Positions 17,594 through 26,915 of a stretch of 37,417 nt of DNA are shown here, in pieces (the stretch's first letter is position 1; every line of letters starts with the position of its first letter). The notes below the pieces were generated by a model, which was not told the origin of the DNA, searched no databases, and saw nothing but the letters and a program-made list of their open reading frames with translations. The position numbers and the translations under genes were made by a program. This DNA comes from a virus (Duplodnaviria; Caudoviricetes): positions 1 to 37,417 of IMG/VR virus record IMGVR_UViG_3300032253_000229. One strand, written 5' to 3'.

Positions 17594-18484
17594 TTATGGG
17601 AGCCAAGGGACTTGAACAATTTCGACCATGTTGCGGTCGGTGTTCGTCTCGCCGTTCGCGTTGTTTTCCTTCAAGAGAACATCGCGCGCAGCAAACAGGT
17701 TGGACGCCCCGACCACCAGAATGTTCGGTGCGATGCCAAGCGGACGGCCCTCGTCATTATTGAGGGCAACCATGGCGTTGTAAGCGGCCCTGAAACCAGC
17801 CTGATCAAGGGTGGCTTTCGAGCCATGTGCCATTTGCCAGAAGCCGAAACCAGCATTGCCGCGACCATCGACACCGTGCAGGATTTCTTTTTTAATGAAC
17901 ACCCGCTCGTCATCCGGTTTGTCGATAGAATTGAATTCATATGACTTGCGGTTTTGATAGATAAGCGGTTTCAGCGCCCGCGAGCTGTCCATCAGGAACC
18001 ATGGGTTGCTGGCCCCGGCGGTCATATTACTGACACTGATCTCAGCGCCATTCACGATAACCGGATGATCGGTATCAAAATAAAACTGGCCGTCAAAACA
18101 GGTTTCTGTAAACCCGGCCTTCAACAGATCAAACACCATCTGGTCCGGATGAACAGCGGCAGAGCGGCCCATTTCCGTAAACATGGGGGTATAAATGCCC
18201 ACATTATCATCTGAAATATCATCGGTTTTAACCCCGACGGTCACCTCAAAAGACTTGTTTTTGATGGTGTAGCGGTGGGCTGCCAATTGTTTGATTACCC
18301 GGTCGCCGATCCATTCGCGCATGGCCGGAAAATCGCCGAGCCAGCCATATTCATTGGCAGCCGTCGTGCTGATGATCTCGGTGGCAATTTGCGGCCAGTG
18401 AATTTTGGGTGCGTCAAACCCGTTTTGAAAAGCGGCATTGAAGGAGACACCTAAAGCCGTTAGATTTTCTGAATTTACAAGCAT
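17594..18484 (-). CDS. Major capsid protein (Mu gpT family)
   Basis: YGWLGDFPAMREWIGDR, CFDGQFYFDTDHPV, GFGFWQMA. Confidence 0.95.
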   Translation of the reverse strand: MLVNSENLTALGVSFNAAFQNGFDAPKIHWPQIATEIISTTAANEYGWLGDFPAMREWIGDRVIKQLAAHRYTIKNKSFEVTVGVKTDDISDDNVGIYTPMFTEMGRSAAVHPDQMVFDLLKAGFTETCFDGQFYFDTDHPVIVNGAEISVSNMTAGASNPWFLMDSSRALKPLIYQNRKSYEFNSIDKPDDERVFIKKEILHGVDGRGNAGFGFWQMAHGSKATLDQAGFRAAYNAMVALNNDEGRPLGIAPNILVVGASNLFAARDVLLKENNANGETNTDRNMVEIVQVPWLP

Positions 18485-18496
18485 GGATTTTTTTCC

Positions 18497-18907
18497 TTAA
18501 TCGAATTTGATCCAGACGCCTTCGGCATCAACGTCCATAATTTTACCCGCCGCCGATCGGGTGCCGGTGGCATCTGTTTTGGCAACCGTCTGGTCATCAA
18601 CCAGATAAGCTGTATCGCCAATTTCAGCACGGGTAATCAGGTCGCCAGCCGCAGAATTGGCATAGGCAAACACCCCTTTTTCAATGACTACAGTCATATC
18701 GCCAGCCGCGCCGGCACTGTTATCGACGGTTGCTTGCGCACCGCCTGCAGCCACAAGGCCGGTTGCCATTGTTGCCGGAGCGGCGTTACCGCTGGCATCC
18801 AGAACGACAATCGCTCCTTGCCAGATTTTTGTCGCGGCAGCGACCGGGGCCATATATTCAAGCCCCATTCGCGCGGACGTCTTGCGCCCTTTTGAAAGTG
18901 CGGTCAT
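18497..18907 (-). CDS. Capsid cement/decoration-like protein
   Basis: Ala/Gly-rich beta protein between protease/scaffold and capsid; YLVDDQTV, AGKIMDVDAEGVWI. Confidence 0.65.
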   Translation of the reverse strand: MTALSKGRKTSARMGLEYMAPVAAATKIWQGAIVVLDASGNAAPATMATGLVAAGGAQATVDNSAGAAGDMTVVIEKGVFAYANSAAGDLITRAEIGDTAYLVDDQTVAKTDATGTRSAAGKIMDVDAEGVWIKFD

Positions 18908-19467
18908 TTGGCGTCAGCCTCCTTCTGCTTTTTGAAGTTTTCTTCGGATACGCCGGTTGCCCGGCAAATGGCGATTTCTGCCTCGCTAAGGGCAGCACCA
19001 CCTTCGGCTTTACCGCCCATGTCGGCTGCTCCGGCCAGAACCGGGGCATTTTTGAGGAAGTCGTTAAAACTCCCCATGTCCGATTTGGCCAGAGTGAGCG
19101 CCCAGGAGCGATTGGCCGGAGTGATTTTGCCTGCCTCAACCGCCGCATCAACCGCCGCCGTAGCCGATCCTTCTGCCAGCTTGCTCTGCAAACTGGCAAG
19201 GGCGGTATTGACCTCCTGAAACTGGGCCACCGTCACAAATTTGGTCGGGTCAGGCTCACTGGACGATTTGACCGACGCCACCGCTGTTGCAATCTCGGTT
19301 GCATCAGCGGCCTCGGTCAGGCCGACCGTATCGGCAATGGCGGCAAGGGCCGTGTTCGTTGAGGCGGCATTTGCCACCATTTCGGTCAGAAGCGTACAAA
19401 GTGCCTCTTCCGTCATCTCGCCTGTCTGGCCGAGAATAGCCATCAGACGCTTTATCAGCTCGTTCAT
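18904..19467 (-). CDS. Scaffold protein (Mu gpZ-like) from an internal in-frame start
   Basis: In-frame ATG at 19467 (MNELIKRL) with GGAGA RBS, after a Pro/Asn linker; helical, VEAGKITPA motif. Confidence 0.7.
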   Translation of the reverse strand: MNELIKRLMAILGQTGEMTEEALCTLLTEMVANAASTNTALAAIADTVGLTEAADATEIATAVASVKSSSEPDPTKFVTVAQFQEVNTALASLQSKLAEGSATAAVDAAVEAGKITPANRSWALTLAKSDMGSFNDFLKNAPVLAGAADMGGKAEGGAALSEAEIAICRATGVSEENFKKQKEADAK

Positions 19468-19956
19468 GTGATCTCCATTTGGGTTTGAGGGGTTTGCTGA
19501 ATGTTGGACTGCGGCCAAGGCCGTCAGGTTCAAGGCAGGATCATTGGTCAGTGCCACCCGTAAAATCCGGGTAACGACACGGCCTGATTTTGTGTAAGTA
19601 AAAGTTGGGGACAGATAGCGGTATTCACGGTCCGCAAGCATCTCCTTGGCGCGCGGTGTCCATTCCACTCGTGCCCAGATGCCGTCGGTGCGGGCTTCAA
19701 GCTCTTTGATCCAACCGGCAGCAGGAGCAGGCTGGCCATTATCAACCGCGTGGTCCGTTTGATGCTCATAGTCAAATACGAGATCACGGCCCCGGGACAA
19801 TGATTGACTGATAACCGCCGTGGCATCTTTCAATATCCATGGATCACGCCCATCAACAGAATTGAATTTTCCAAGGGGCATAATATGGACCCATTCCGGA
19901 ACACCGTCCGGCAAGTCAAATCCGCATATGGCTAATTCAAAGTCCAATTTACTCAC
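18904..19956 (-). CDS. Prohead protease (Mu gpI) with C-terminal scaffold region
   Basis: DYEHQT, APAAGWI, VEWT, EYRYLSPTF, ALTNDPAL. Start probably GTG at 19956 (ORF extends to 20082 across the promoter). Confidence 0.9.
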   Translation of the reverse strand: MSKLDFELAICGFDLPDGVPEWVHIMPLGKFNSVDGRDPWILKDATAVISQSLSRGRDLVFDYEHQTDHAVDNGQPAPAAGWIKELEARTDGIWARVEWTPRAKEMLADREYRYLSPTFTYTKSGRVVTRILRVALTNDPALNLTALAAVQHSANPSNPNGDHMNELIKRLMAILGQTGEMTEEALCTLLTEMVANAASTNTALAAIADTVGLTEAADATEIATAVASVKSSSEPDPTKFVTVAQFQEVNTALASLQSKLAEGSATAAVDAAVEAGKITPANRSWALTLAKSDMGSFNDFLKNAPVLAGAADMGGKAEGGAALSEAEIAICRATGVSEENFKKQKEADAK

Positions 19957-19995
19957 CTGTTCAAAATTCGGTTGCCGTTTTTTTGATCTTGAGTG

Positions 19996-20042
19996 AGTAT
20001 GGTCAGAACGCCCCGTGCAAAATGCCCGGAAGTGGTTCCGGT
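19996..20042 (-). promoter_or_regulatory. Activator-dependent late promoter (P_I-like) with CCGGAA-N4-TTCCGG box
   Basis: AATGCCCGGAAGTGGTTCCGGT (20021-20042) nearly identical to 27922-27943; candidate -10 CATACT 19 nt downstream on the minus strand. Confidence 0.65.
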
Positions 20043-20203
20043 CAAGCGATATTCGCAGCCATCTGGAAAACGCCCCTGACACCTCCCGATAACATCGCCG
20101 TTAAACACCTATTAAACGGGCTATTTTCGCCTGTAGGCGTTTTCAGGGATGATGGTTGCCAAATTCGCTTTAAAACGGTTCTGGGGCGTTTTGCGGGGTT
20201 GGG

Positions 20204-20231
20204 TTGATATTCTATCAGATGTGCTTATATT
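20204..20231 (+). promoter_or_regulatory. Putative sigma70 promoter firing against the prophage late operon
   Basis: TTGATA (20204-20209), 16-bp spacer, TATATT (20226-20231); predicted start about 20237, at the 5' arm of the structured RNA. Confidence 0.5.
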
Positions 20232-20234
20232 AAC

Positions 20235-20349
20235 GGGACAGGTGATGTGGAGACGACGGTAAAAATTCAGCCGGCCGCAGCACGGAAGTTTAAGTACTGA
20301 CGGAGCGTTCGGGGTTTACGGGCTGGCCCTGCACACATCACCTGTTTTT
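20235..20349 (+). ncRNA. Putative structured ncRNA convergent with the MuF-nuclease gene
   Basis: Perfect 12-bp closing stem ACAGGTGATGTG (20238-20249) / CACATCACCTGT (20334-20345), extended by G-U pairs only on the plus strand, then a T run; upstream promoter; no ORF listed in this interval. Confidence 0.55.
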
Positions 20350-21516
20350 CCGATATATTTCCTGATGCTTGGCCATATACTTTTCGGTGGTTTTTTTATT
20401 TGTTCTAATCAGGGTCAGCGCAAAAAGAGCTTGGCCATCTGCCGTTATCTTGACACCCGCCCGGTAATAATCGTAAGAGCTGGCTGGCCAGACAAAGGCA
20501 ATACGATTTTTTGTATGACGAAACACACGGCCCTTTTCAATGATCTCTGGGAGCTTTTTATAATCCTTAAATTTGACGTCACGATGCTTGTCAATATGTG
20601 TGGCCAGCGTCTCCGTCGAGATATCTATCCGCGCCACGCGCCCGGTAAATCCAAAATCAATTCTGCTGTCAAGCCGCCCAACCGGGGCGGTCCCTTCGAT
20701 CACGCCATCAAATAAATCTTTGAAATGTGGGCTCTGAACAGCCAGCTTTGCAGCCTCATGGCCCAGATCATCGCCTGTATATTTGGCAGGGTCCGGAAAA
20801 CGCCCCGTTGCCACCTTGCCAACATTGCCCTGCCAGCCCGGATCAACACCGGTTGGGATTTGATGAACCTCCCCCGTTCGCTGGTTTGTCCAGCTCCGCC
20901 AGTTTGGATCAACAGGCTTCGAGATTTTCTCTTTTCGCCGTTTTAAATCATCGCCAGAGAGTTGCTGAACCGTGCATCGGCACCGCCAGCCGTTGGGAGG
21001 ATACAGCCAGTCCCATGTGGGATCATCGACGGGCAGGATCGTTCCGTGCCAGCTTTTATGCAGGGGCCGGGTGCGGCTGTCCCGGATAACCACATAGCGC
21101 AGATATGGCATGAATCTTTTTACCCGCTGAATTCGCATCCAGTGCCCCGCCGCATAAGATGACCGCATATTGGCATCAAAAATAATCCGCAAGCGACGCT
21201 CACTGCCCAGCTGCACAATGTCGGTTTTGCCTGTTAGCGGATCATAAAGAGGCTTCTTCCCCCACCAGCCTTTAGCCTTTAATTTGGGAGCCAGCTCCTT
21301 TTGAAACGTCTCGAACGTGGTACCATCAGCGATGGCTGTGCTCATCGCAGCTCGAATATCTTCAAGGATATCAAGCCGCATGACCTTAGCGACGGTAAAG
21401 GACTGCGCGTGTTCTGCAACAGCGACATCCTGCCAGCCAAAGCTGATCCGGTACCCCTTAGATTGAAAATAGCTGACAACCTCTGTGGGCTGCAGAGATT
21501 TGAATTTAACGCTCAT
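20338..21516 (-). CDS. MuF (gpF) minor head protein with C-terminal PBECR-like putative nuclease domain
   Basis: MuF core FTVAKV, GWWG, RTRPLH..WHG, PPNGWRCRC, GVDPGW; about 130-aa extension with HIDKHRDV, DYKKLPEIIEKG, AGVKITADGQALFALTL. Confidence 0.85.
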   Translation of the reverse strand: MSVKFKSLQPTEVVSYFQSKGYRISFGWQDVAVAEHAQSFTVAKVMRLDILEDIRAAMSTAIADGTTFETFQKELAPKLKAKGWWGKKPLYDPLTGKTDIVQLGSERRLRIIFDANMRSSYAAGHWMRIQRVKRFMPYLRYVVIRDSRTRPLHKSWHGTILPVDDPTWDWLYPPNGWRCRCTVQQLSGDDLKRRKEKISKPVDPNWRSWTNQRTGEVHQIPTGVDPGWQGNVGKVATGRFPDPAKYTGDDLGHEAAKLAVQSPHFKDLFDGVIEGTAPVGRLDSRIDFGFTGRVARIDISTETLATHIDKHRDVKFKDYKKLPEIIEKGRVFRHTKNRIAFVWPASSYDYYRAGVKITADGQALFALTLIRTNKKTTEKYMAKHQEIYRKNR

Positions 21517-23072
21517 TCATCCCCCAGCGGAATACCCAGCTGCCCGGCGATTTGTGCGCTGAACAAACTATTGCCCATCAGCTTAGCCAGATCATTAATA
21601 TCCATTTTTTCAAGCAAATCCGGTAGGAGTGCTTCAAATTCCGCATAACTGGCTGCCCCTTTCAGGGCTTCCAAAATCGGTGCCAGGATCGGCTCCATCG
21701 GATCGAAGCCCTCCTGCGCCAGAATGTCGTCAATGGACTCGTCGATCACATCACGATTGAGCTGGGTAGCGGCCAGAGCCGTTGCCTGTGCCGCCGGTGC
21801 TGGTGCCGGTGATGCGGCGGCAACTTCCAGAAGCTCGTCTCCGTCTTCGGGATCAGGAACCCCCATTTTATCGCGGGCCCATTTGGCAGGCACCCGACCG
21901 CCCGTCTCGACAAAGGTTTTTATGGAGGTAGAAAATTTCTCAAGATCAATACTCTCCGGAATAAGGAGCTTTATCTTGGGATAACGGTCCTGCGCGCCAA
22001 AGTTCAAGTCAATGGCCGCGCGGACAACTTGCAGGTTCAAGGTCGCAGCCAGCTGCCGGGTATCGGCCTTTAAAATGTCTTTACGGACCTCGTTATGCTC
22101 TTTTGAAACCGCATGTCCGCCCGACACCGCGTCTGTGGTGGTGGTTTGACCCAGAACCGCTTTGGAGACCTGATAGTCCATCCAGTTCGCCAGCCGTTCA
22201 TATAGATCGACGGAGGAGGAGGTTCCGCTGCTATTGAGAAATTCAATCAACATACTGTCTGGGATAATCGCCCCTGCATCTGTGCCGATCATGGCAACAG
22301 CGCGCCGCAAAACAGCCCGTTCCTCTTCGGTCGCAGAGGCATGATATTTACCAACCCGGATTGGTTGGCCATAGACTTCTGCAAAGACGATCCAGTCCTT
22401 GACCGTGTAATTTTTGAACATATAACCCCATGCAGCCGCCCGCGCGATGCCACCGCGAATGGGCAGACCCGATTTGGCTTTAACCTCATGGGTTATAAAT
22501 TTGTATTGTGGCAGATGGGTGCCGAGACTGCCATCTCGAATAAGCGGTGTCCGGCCATCATGGCGGTCAAAGGTAAACCAACGCGGGTCGCGCCACTCAA
22601 AACGGGCGGGTCGCCATTCGCGCGCATCGCGCTCCCAGATGATTTCAGTAAGGGAGATGCCTTTACCGACCGCATCCATAACGTCAAAAAGTTCGTCTTG
22701 CAGGGTTTCGCGGTTCAAAATATCACGGATAAAATCGGCCTGTTTTTGCGCGGCCGCGCTCTCATCTGCCGCTTCAATCTCAATTTCAAGACCGGTCACC
22801 GCCCGCTTGCGGGTGCCAAGAACACCCAGATAATGCAGGTCCTTTTCTTCCATCTCCTCGGCCAGCTCGAAATAGGCCATGGTCTCGCCTGTCTCGGCGG
22901 AAAGCAACACTCTGGCCAGCTTGCCGGGTGTGAGCCCTTGCGCCGGGTGCCCGGATATGACCGACCGAACGCCCGTGAGGCTGGGCCCGGCAATCTTTTC
23001 AGTGAGGGTTTCGGTCGTGACTGGCGATCCGTCAGGATTAATGATGCCTTTCAATTTGCTTATCAGACCCAT
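21513..23072 (-). CDS. Portal protein (Mu gp29 / DUF935)
   Basis: EEMEEKDLH, DAVGKG, FAEVYGQPIRVGKY, SKAVLGQTTTT, HNEVRKD. Confidence 0.95.
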   Translation of the reverse strand: MGLISKLKGIINPDGSPVTTETLTEKIAGPSLTGVRSVISGHPAQGLTPGKLARVLLSAETGETMAYFELAEEMEEKDLHYLGVLGTRKRAVTGLEIEIEAADESAAAQKQADFIRDILNRETLQDELFDVMDAVGKGISLTEIIWERDAREWRPARFEWRDPRWFTFDRHDGRTPLIRDGSLGTHLPQYKFITHEVKAKSGLPIRGGIARAAAWGYMFKNYTVKDWIVFAEVYGQPIRVGKYHASATEEERAVLRRAVAMIGTDAGAIIPDSMLIEFLNSSGTSSSVDLYERLANWMDYQVSKAVLGQTTTTDAVSGGHAVSKEHNEVRKDILKADTRQLAATLNLQVVRAAIDLNFGAQDRYPKIKLLIPESIDLEKFSTSIKTFVETGGRVPAKWARDKMGVPDPEDGDELLEVAAASPAPAPAAQATALAATQLNRDVIDESIDDILAQEGFDPMEPILAPILEALKGAASYAEFEALLPDLLEKMDINDLAKLMGNSLFSAQIAGQLGIPLGDE

Positions 23073-23073
23073 T

Positions 23074-24717
23074 TTAGAAGGCTCCTCTGCTCATTTTAAA
23101 ACTCTGGCCAAGCCCGGACTGTGAATTATCATCACTCGAATCCGGTGTGTCAACCGAGGGGCGATAGCCTCGGCCCACGCCTTCAACGGCATATTGTCTG
23201 ATTTCCGAGCGGGTCGCGGCATAGGCCAGCAAGGCGGCAACGCCGCTGTCACCATGTCGCTCAAGGCCGTCTGTGCCTTTTTGTCGGTAATTCTTGGGCA
23301 TTCTGGGAACACCATCGATGCGGCGAAACCCGCGCAAATCTGTCTGAATGTCATCATTGGCCGGGATTTGGATAGTCTGGTCTTCAAACGCATTTTTGAA
23401 CGGAGCAGTGTTTTCCTCATACCATTTGACCGACAAGCTGACCTCGTCGATGAGGCTGGCACCATATTCCTGACGCGCTTTTTCTGCCAAAAACGCACCA
23501 TTGCCCGTGGCATCCAGTTTGCCACCGCCAAAGCGGGGCAGGCGATCAACGATATATTTGAGGATCTGCCATTGCTGATCGAACGGCACGTTGGAAAGTT
23601 CCACCACAAACGGCGTCTGGCGCACCAGCCCCGCCGTGATCTGCATGGCCCAGATGATGGTTTTGTCTGTTTTGCGGGCGAAATCCTCGCCAAAGAAACT
23701 TTGTAAATTCGGATCAAGCTTGTCCAGAAGCGGCTTTAAAACCTGTTCGCACCAGTCCGCCACCTCGGCTTGACGGATATCTTTGGGTAAATCGACAAAG
23801 CCGTCCCGGCAGGCAAAGCGAACGACAGCGGGCTCCTTTGAAGCACAATTTTCAAGCAAGGCCCGCGATAGCCACACACCGCCTGATTTTGTCGGGATGC
23901 AATCCAGTTCTTCATTACCGGCCTCGCCATAAAAGGCCCGGATTTCATCGCGCCACTGGGCCTCTCCTTCAGGTGACCACTCCTTGCCCGTCACCATACA
24001 AATACGCGCGTATAAACCGTCCTTTAAAGCATCATCAAAGGTTATTTTAAGATGGGCATATGGCTTCTTGCCCGCCTTCACTTCTTCCACCAGCTGGTTA
24101 AACGGGTTTTCGACACCATCATGGGTGCTGATAATCATCACCCTCCCGCCCCACATGAGCAGGGCAAGGGCAGCTTTTAAAAGCTCTTCCAGCTCGTCAT
24201 GGAAAGCCGCTTCATCAATGATTACCCAGCCCTGACGGCCCCGCAAGGATCGTGGGCGGCTGGTCAGAGCAACGATTTCAAAGCCAGAGGCAAACTTGAT
24301 CCGGAAGGCCAGAATGTCTTTGCTGTCGTCTTCATTCTCGGCCTGATCTTTAAACAGAAATTCTTCCACCTCGATGGCGGCGGGCAGGAAGTTGCGGGAC
24401 CACATGGCGCAAGTATCAATGAATTCCCGCGTCATCTCCATATTATAGCCAAGATAAAAAACATCCATGCCACCATCATTTTTGGTGGTGGAGGCGGTCA
24501 ATACAGCTTCTGCACCGATCCCCCAGGTCGCGCCGATCCGCCGTGACTTTTCGACAATAACCACTTGATGAACAGCCGTGCTTGCCAGCAATCTTTTCTG
24601 ATACCCCAATAGCACGTCTTTAAGGGGTTTGCCCTTCAGCTGGTCCGGCAGGCTATGGGTGCTTTGCCTGCGCAGCTCGGCCCATTCCTCTGAAGTGATC
24701 GGTTGTCTGGGCATCAA
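23074..24717 (-). CDS. Terminase large subunit (Mu gp28-like)
   Basis: EKSRRIGAT (Walker A-like), VIIDEAAFH (Walker B), ISTHDG, GEDFAR, DATGNG, HGDSGVA nuclease motifs. Confidence 0.95.
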   Translation of the reverse strand: MMPRQPITSEEWAELRRQSTHSLPDQLKGKPLKDVLLGYQKRLLASTAVHQVVIVEKSRRIGATWGIGAEAVLTASTTKNDGGMDVFYLGYNMEMTREFIDTCAMWSRNFLPAAIEVEEFLFKDQAENEDDSKDILAFRIKFASGFEIVALTSRPRSLRGRQGWVIIDEAAFHDELEELLKAALALLMWGGRVMIISTHDGVENPFNQLVEEVKAGKKPYAHLKITFDDALKDGLYARICMVTGKEWSPEGEAQWRDEIRAFYGEAGNEELDCIPTKSGGVWLSRALLENCASKEPAVVRFACRDGFVDLPKDIRQAEVADWCEQVLKPLLDKLDPNLQSFFGEDFARKTDKTIIWAMQITAGLVRQTPFVVELSNVPFDQQWQILKYIVDRLPRFGGGKLDATGNGAFLAEKARQEYGASLIDEVSLSVKWYEENTAPFKNAFEDQTIQIPANDDIQTDLRGFRRIDGVPRMPKNYRQKGTDGLERHGDSGVAALLAYAATRSEIRQYAVEGVGRGYRPSVDTPDSSDDNSQSGLGQSFKMSRGAF

Positions 24718-25259
24718 TCGAGTCCCAAAATCTGTTTACGAATACTGTCCGCCGTATCCTTGGTCAGGCCCGCCTGCTTGACAGCCTTGTTCACGGTTGC
24801 GGTCGTCTCGCGCTTGATGCGCGCAGAGACCTCCTCGCGGATTTTCTGTTCACGTTCAATGGACAGTTTGTTTGCGCTTTCCAACGCCTTGATTGAATTG
24901 GCGAGGAATAAAATATCTTTGGGGGCAGCTCCCTTGTCATCATCGCCCATGTTAGCGAGGGTCTGAAAAGCCACGGTTTTCAGCATCTCCGCAATCAGTT
25001 TTCCGACATCGCCATTGGGATTTTCGCCCAGCTTATCGACCCAGACACCGGCCACCTCCTGCGCCTCTTTGTAGCGTTTGAGATTGTCAGCAAACTTCTG
25101 CACATGCCGCCCAACGGCAGATCGGCTCACATCCTGATCAAGACCGTGCAAATGCTCGGTGATCTCGTCAATGGTGCGTCCGCCATTAATCAGGGCATGA
25201 ACCTGTTCAAGAATTTCAGGCGGTAATTGTGAGATAGATGATTTGCGGGCCATCTTCAC
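24714..25259 (-). CDS. Terminase small subunit (Mu gp27 / DUF3486)
   Basis: RKSSISQLPPEI, VSRSAVGRH, C-terminal GLT..TA..IRKQILG. Confidence 0.85.
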   Translation of the reverse strand: MKMARKSSISQLPPEILEQVHALINGGRTIDEITEHLHGLDQDVSRSAVGRHVQKFADNLKRYKEAQEVAGVWVDKLGENPNGDVGKLIAEMLKTVAFQTLANMGDDDKGAAPKDILFLANSIKALESANKLSIEREQKIREEVSARIKRETTATVNKAVKQAGLTKDTADSIRKQILGLD

Positions 25260-25552
25260 GCCTCCGGAGACGGTTTGCGAACGCCCGGAACTTCGGAAAG
25301 CCCGCTTGCCACCTCTTGGCCATGCCGCTTGATTTCAGCAACATACAGGCCGCCCATATCAGAGTTTTTAATCAAATCCTGATCCGCCAGCCACGCCATT
25401 TCGGTGCGCACCTGGTCGCGGCTGCAACGGTTGCCCCAGCTGACCACCATGTCATGTAAAATGCTTTCATTGGCAGTGTATCCGGGCATTTCAGAAAGAA
25501 CGCGCAAGATGACCAGACGGCGATCCTCGCGCAAATGGGCTGTATAGGTCAT
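25256..25552 (-). CDS. Mu gp26-like winged-helix protein
   Basis: EDRRLVILRVL, SRDQVRTEMAWLADQDLI, PGVRKPSP. Confidence 0.8.
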   Translation of the reverse strand: MTYTAHLREDRRLVILRVLSEMPGYTANESILHDMVVSWGNRCSRDQVRTEMAWLADQDLIKNSDMGGLYVAEIKRHGQEVASGLSEVPGVRKPSPEA

Positions 25553-25896
25553 TTGGTGGCCTTCCTTAAATAGTCGTCCATGATACCGACTTGCCGGTGC
25601 AGCATTTTCGAAATATCCCGCATCCCGTTCATTTCGGCGGTTACCGCTTTCAACGATCCTTCGAGCGATTGAATGTCATGCTTTAAATCTGCCACCACCG
25701 CCGCTGTGGGCAATCCGCCTTGAATAGCTTCCACATGGGTCAACCGGCTGGAATGATCATCCAGACGATCATCAAGCTTGTCGATCTGCTCACGGCTGGC
25801 CCGGTTGCGGGTGGCAACCCATGCGTAAACAGTTGTGACACAAAACATGATCAGCTGAACAATACCGATCCACTCCATCATACTGATATCTTTCAC
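25549..25896 (-). CDS. Membrane-anchored coiled-coil protein (Mu gp25 / DUF2730-like)
   Basis: N-terminal TM segment, RLTHVE...LPT coiled coil; typical position. Confidence 0.7.
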   Translation of the reverse strand: MKDISMMEWIGIVQLIMFCVTTVYAWVATRNRASREQIDKLDDRLDDHSSRLTHVEAIQGGLPTAAVVADLKHDIQSLEGSLKAVTAEMNGMRDISKMLHRQVGIMDDYLRKATK

Positions 25897-26108
25897 TTCT
25901 GACCCCTGTTTGACTGACGTTCAATTTGTTCCTGGCAGATGACACAGGTCTGGACACCGGGCAGGGTTTCCTGCCTGATTTGCGGAATTTTACGACCGCA
26001 ATAACAGACATCCGCACTGGATTGAGACTGTTTCCAAGTGGCTCGTTTTACGGACATCGCCCGTTCAAATTCTTCCACATTTTGCGCTCTATCAGCTATA
26101 TCAACCAA
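25893..26108 (-). CDS. TraR/DksA C4 zinc-finger protein
   Basis: DIADRAQ N-terminal motif; CYCG..IP..R...LPGVQTCVICQ. Confidence 0.85.
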   Translation of the reverse strand: MVDIADRAQNVEEFERAMSVKRATWKQSQSSADVCYCGRKIPQIRQETLPGVQTCVICQEQIERQSNRGQK

Positions 26109-26904
26109 GCGAACCTCCCAGAGTGTCGCGTTGCGCTTTCGTCAGCACCAGAATGTAGGCGGTGATGCGGTGACGTTTGAACGGCTGGACCGGCACATAA
26201 AATTTAAATCCTTGGGCAAGGCCCGCTGCAAAATCTGCCACCATATCCAATATCTGGGCGATCACAGGCGGGCTTTGCTGTACCTCACCAGATCGGCTGA
26301 TATAAATTAACTGGCCAGTATGGCGATAGCTCATCACCAGCATTGGTAAGTTGGGGACGATATCGCAGGCATTGACAACGCGGTAATGGGTTAAAACCGC
26401 CGCGCTATATTCAGAAAATTCGGCATCCCCTGGACGCGCGCATCCAAACGTATAAATGACAGGAACGACGGACTGGTCAGCCACAAATCTCGGTGCAAGA
26501 AATACCGCCAGATCACCGCCCAGACTATGGCCTGTGTAGAAGATTTTTGACTTGCCTTTCAAGACTGCTTTCACTTCATTGTGAAGCTGGTTTGCGCCGG
26601 CATAAAATCCCCGGTGGCACCGGCCATATTTGGTTTTGATCAATCTGAATTTAAGATCGGTCAGAATGTCTCTGTAATTTTTCTGGGTGCCACGGACGAC
26701 AACAACGGTGCCTTCATCAAAATCGACAACAAAGGCTTGTTGATTTTCGACCGAAATATACTGCACAGAAACAGCCCCGAGTTTTTCAAACTCGCTGGTA
26801 CCGGAGCGTTCAGAAAAATAGGCAATTTCAGAACACTCGGCCAGAAACCTCGCGGTGTCTGGCCGGTACGCTGTGTGACTACCTTTAAGGGCTTTTGATG
26901 GCAT
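26101..26904 (-). CDS. Lipase class 3 (alpha/beta hydrolase)
   Basis: VVVRGT, HRGF, TGHSLGG nucleophile elbow, YTFGCARPGD, RVVNACDIVP (Asp), C-terminal H...AY; AGGAGG RBS before ATG 26904. Confidence 0.9.
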   Translation of the reverse strand: MPSKALKGSHTAYRPDTARFLAECSEIAYFSERSGTSEFEKLGAVSVQYISVENQQAFVVDFDEGTVVVVRGTQKNYRDILTDLKFRLIKTKYGRCHRGFYAGANQLHNEVKAVLKGKSKIFYTGHSLGGDLAVFLAPRFVADQSVVPVIYTFGCARPGDAEFSEYSAAVLTHYRVVNACDIVPNLPMLVMSYRHTGQLIYISRSGEVQQSPPVIAQILDMVADFAAGLAQGFKFYVPVQPFKRHRITAYILVLTKAQRDTLGGSLG

Positions 26905-26915
26905 CAAGGCCCCTC

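Noticed and set aside
20235-20349. Calling the element a tRNA, known ribozyme or simple terminator
   Set aside because: No canonical cloverleaf or CCA end, no ribozyme core I can confidently match, and an 84-nt interior is too large for an intrinsic terminator loop; left as an unclassified ncRNA candidate.
22341-23099. 252-aa plus-strand ORF, and similar ORFs opposite the tape measure, gpJ and protease genes
   Set aside because: Antisense to well-supported structural genes; expected by-product of codon bias.
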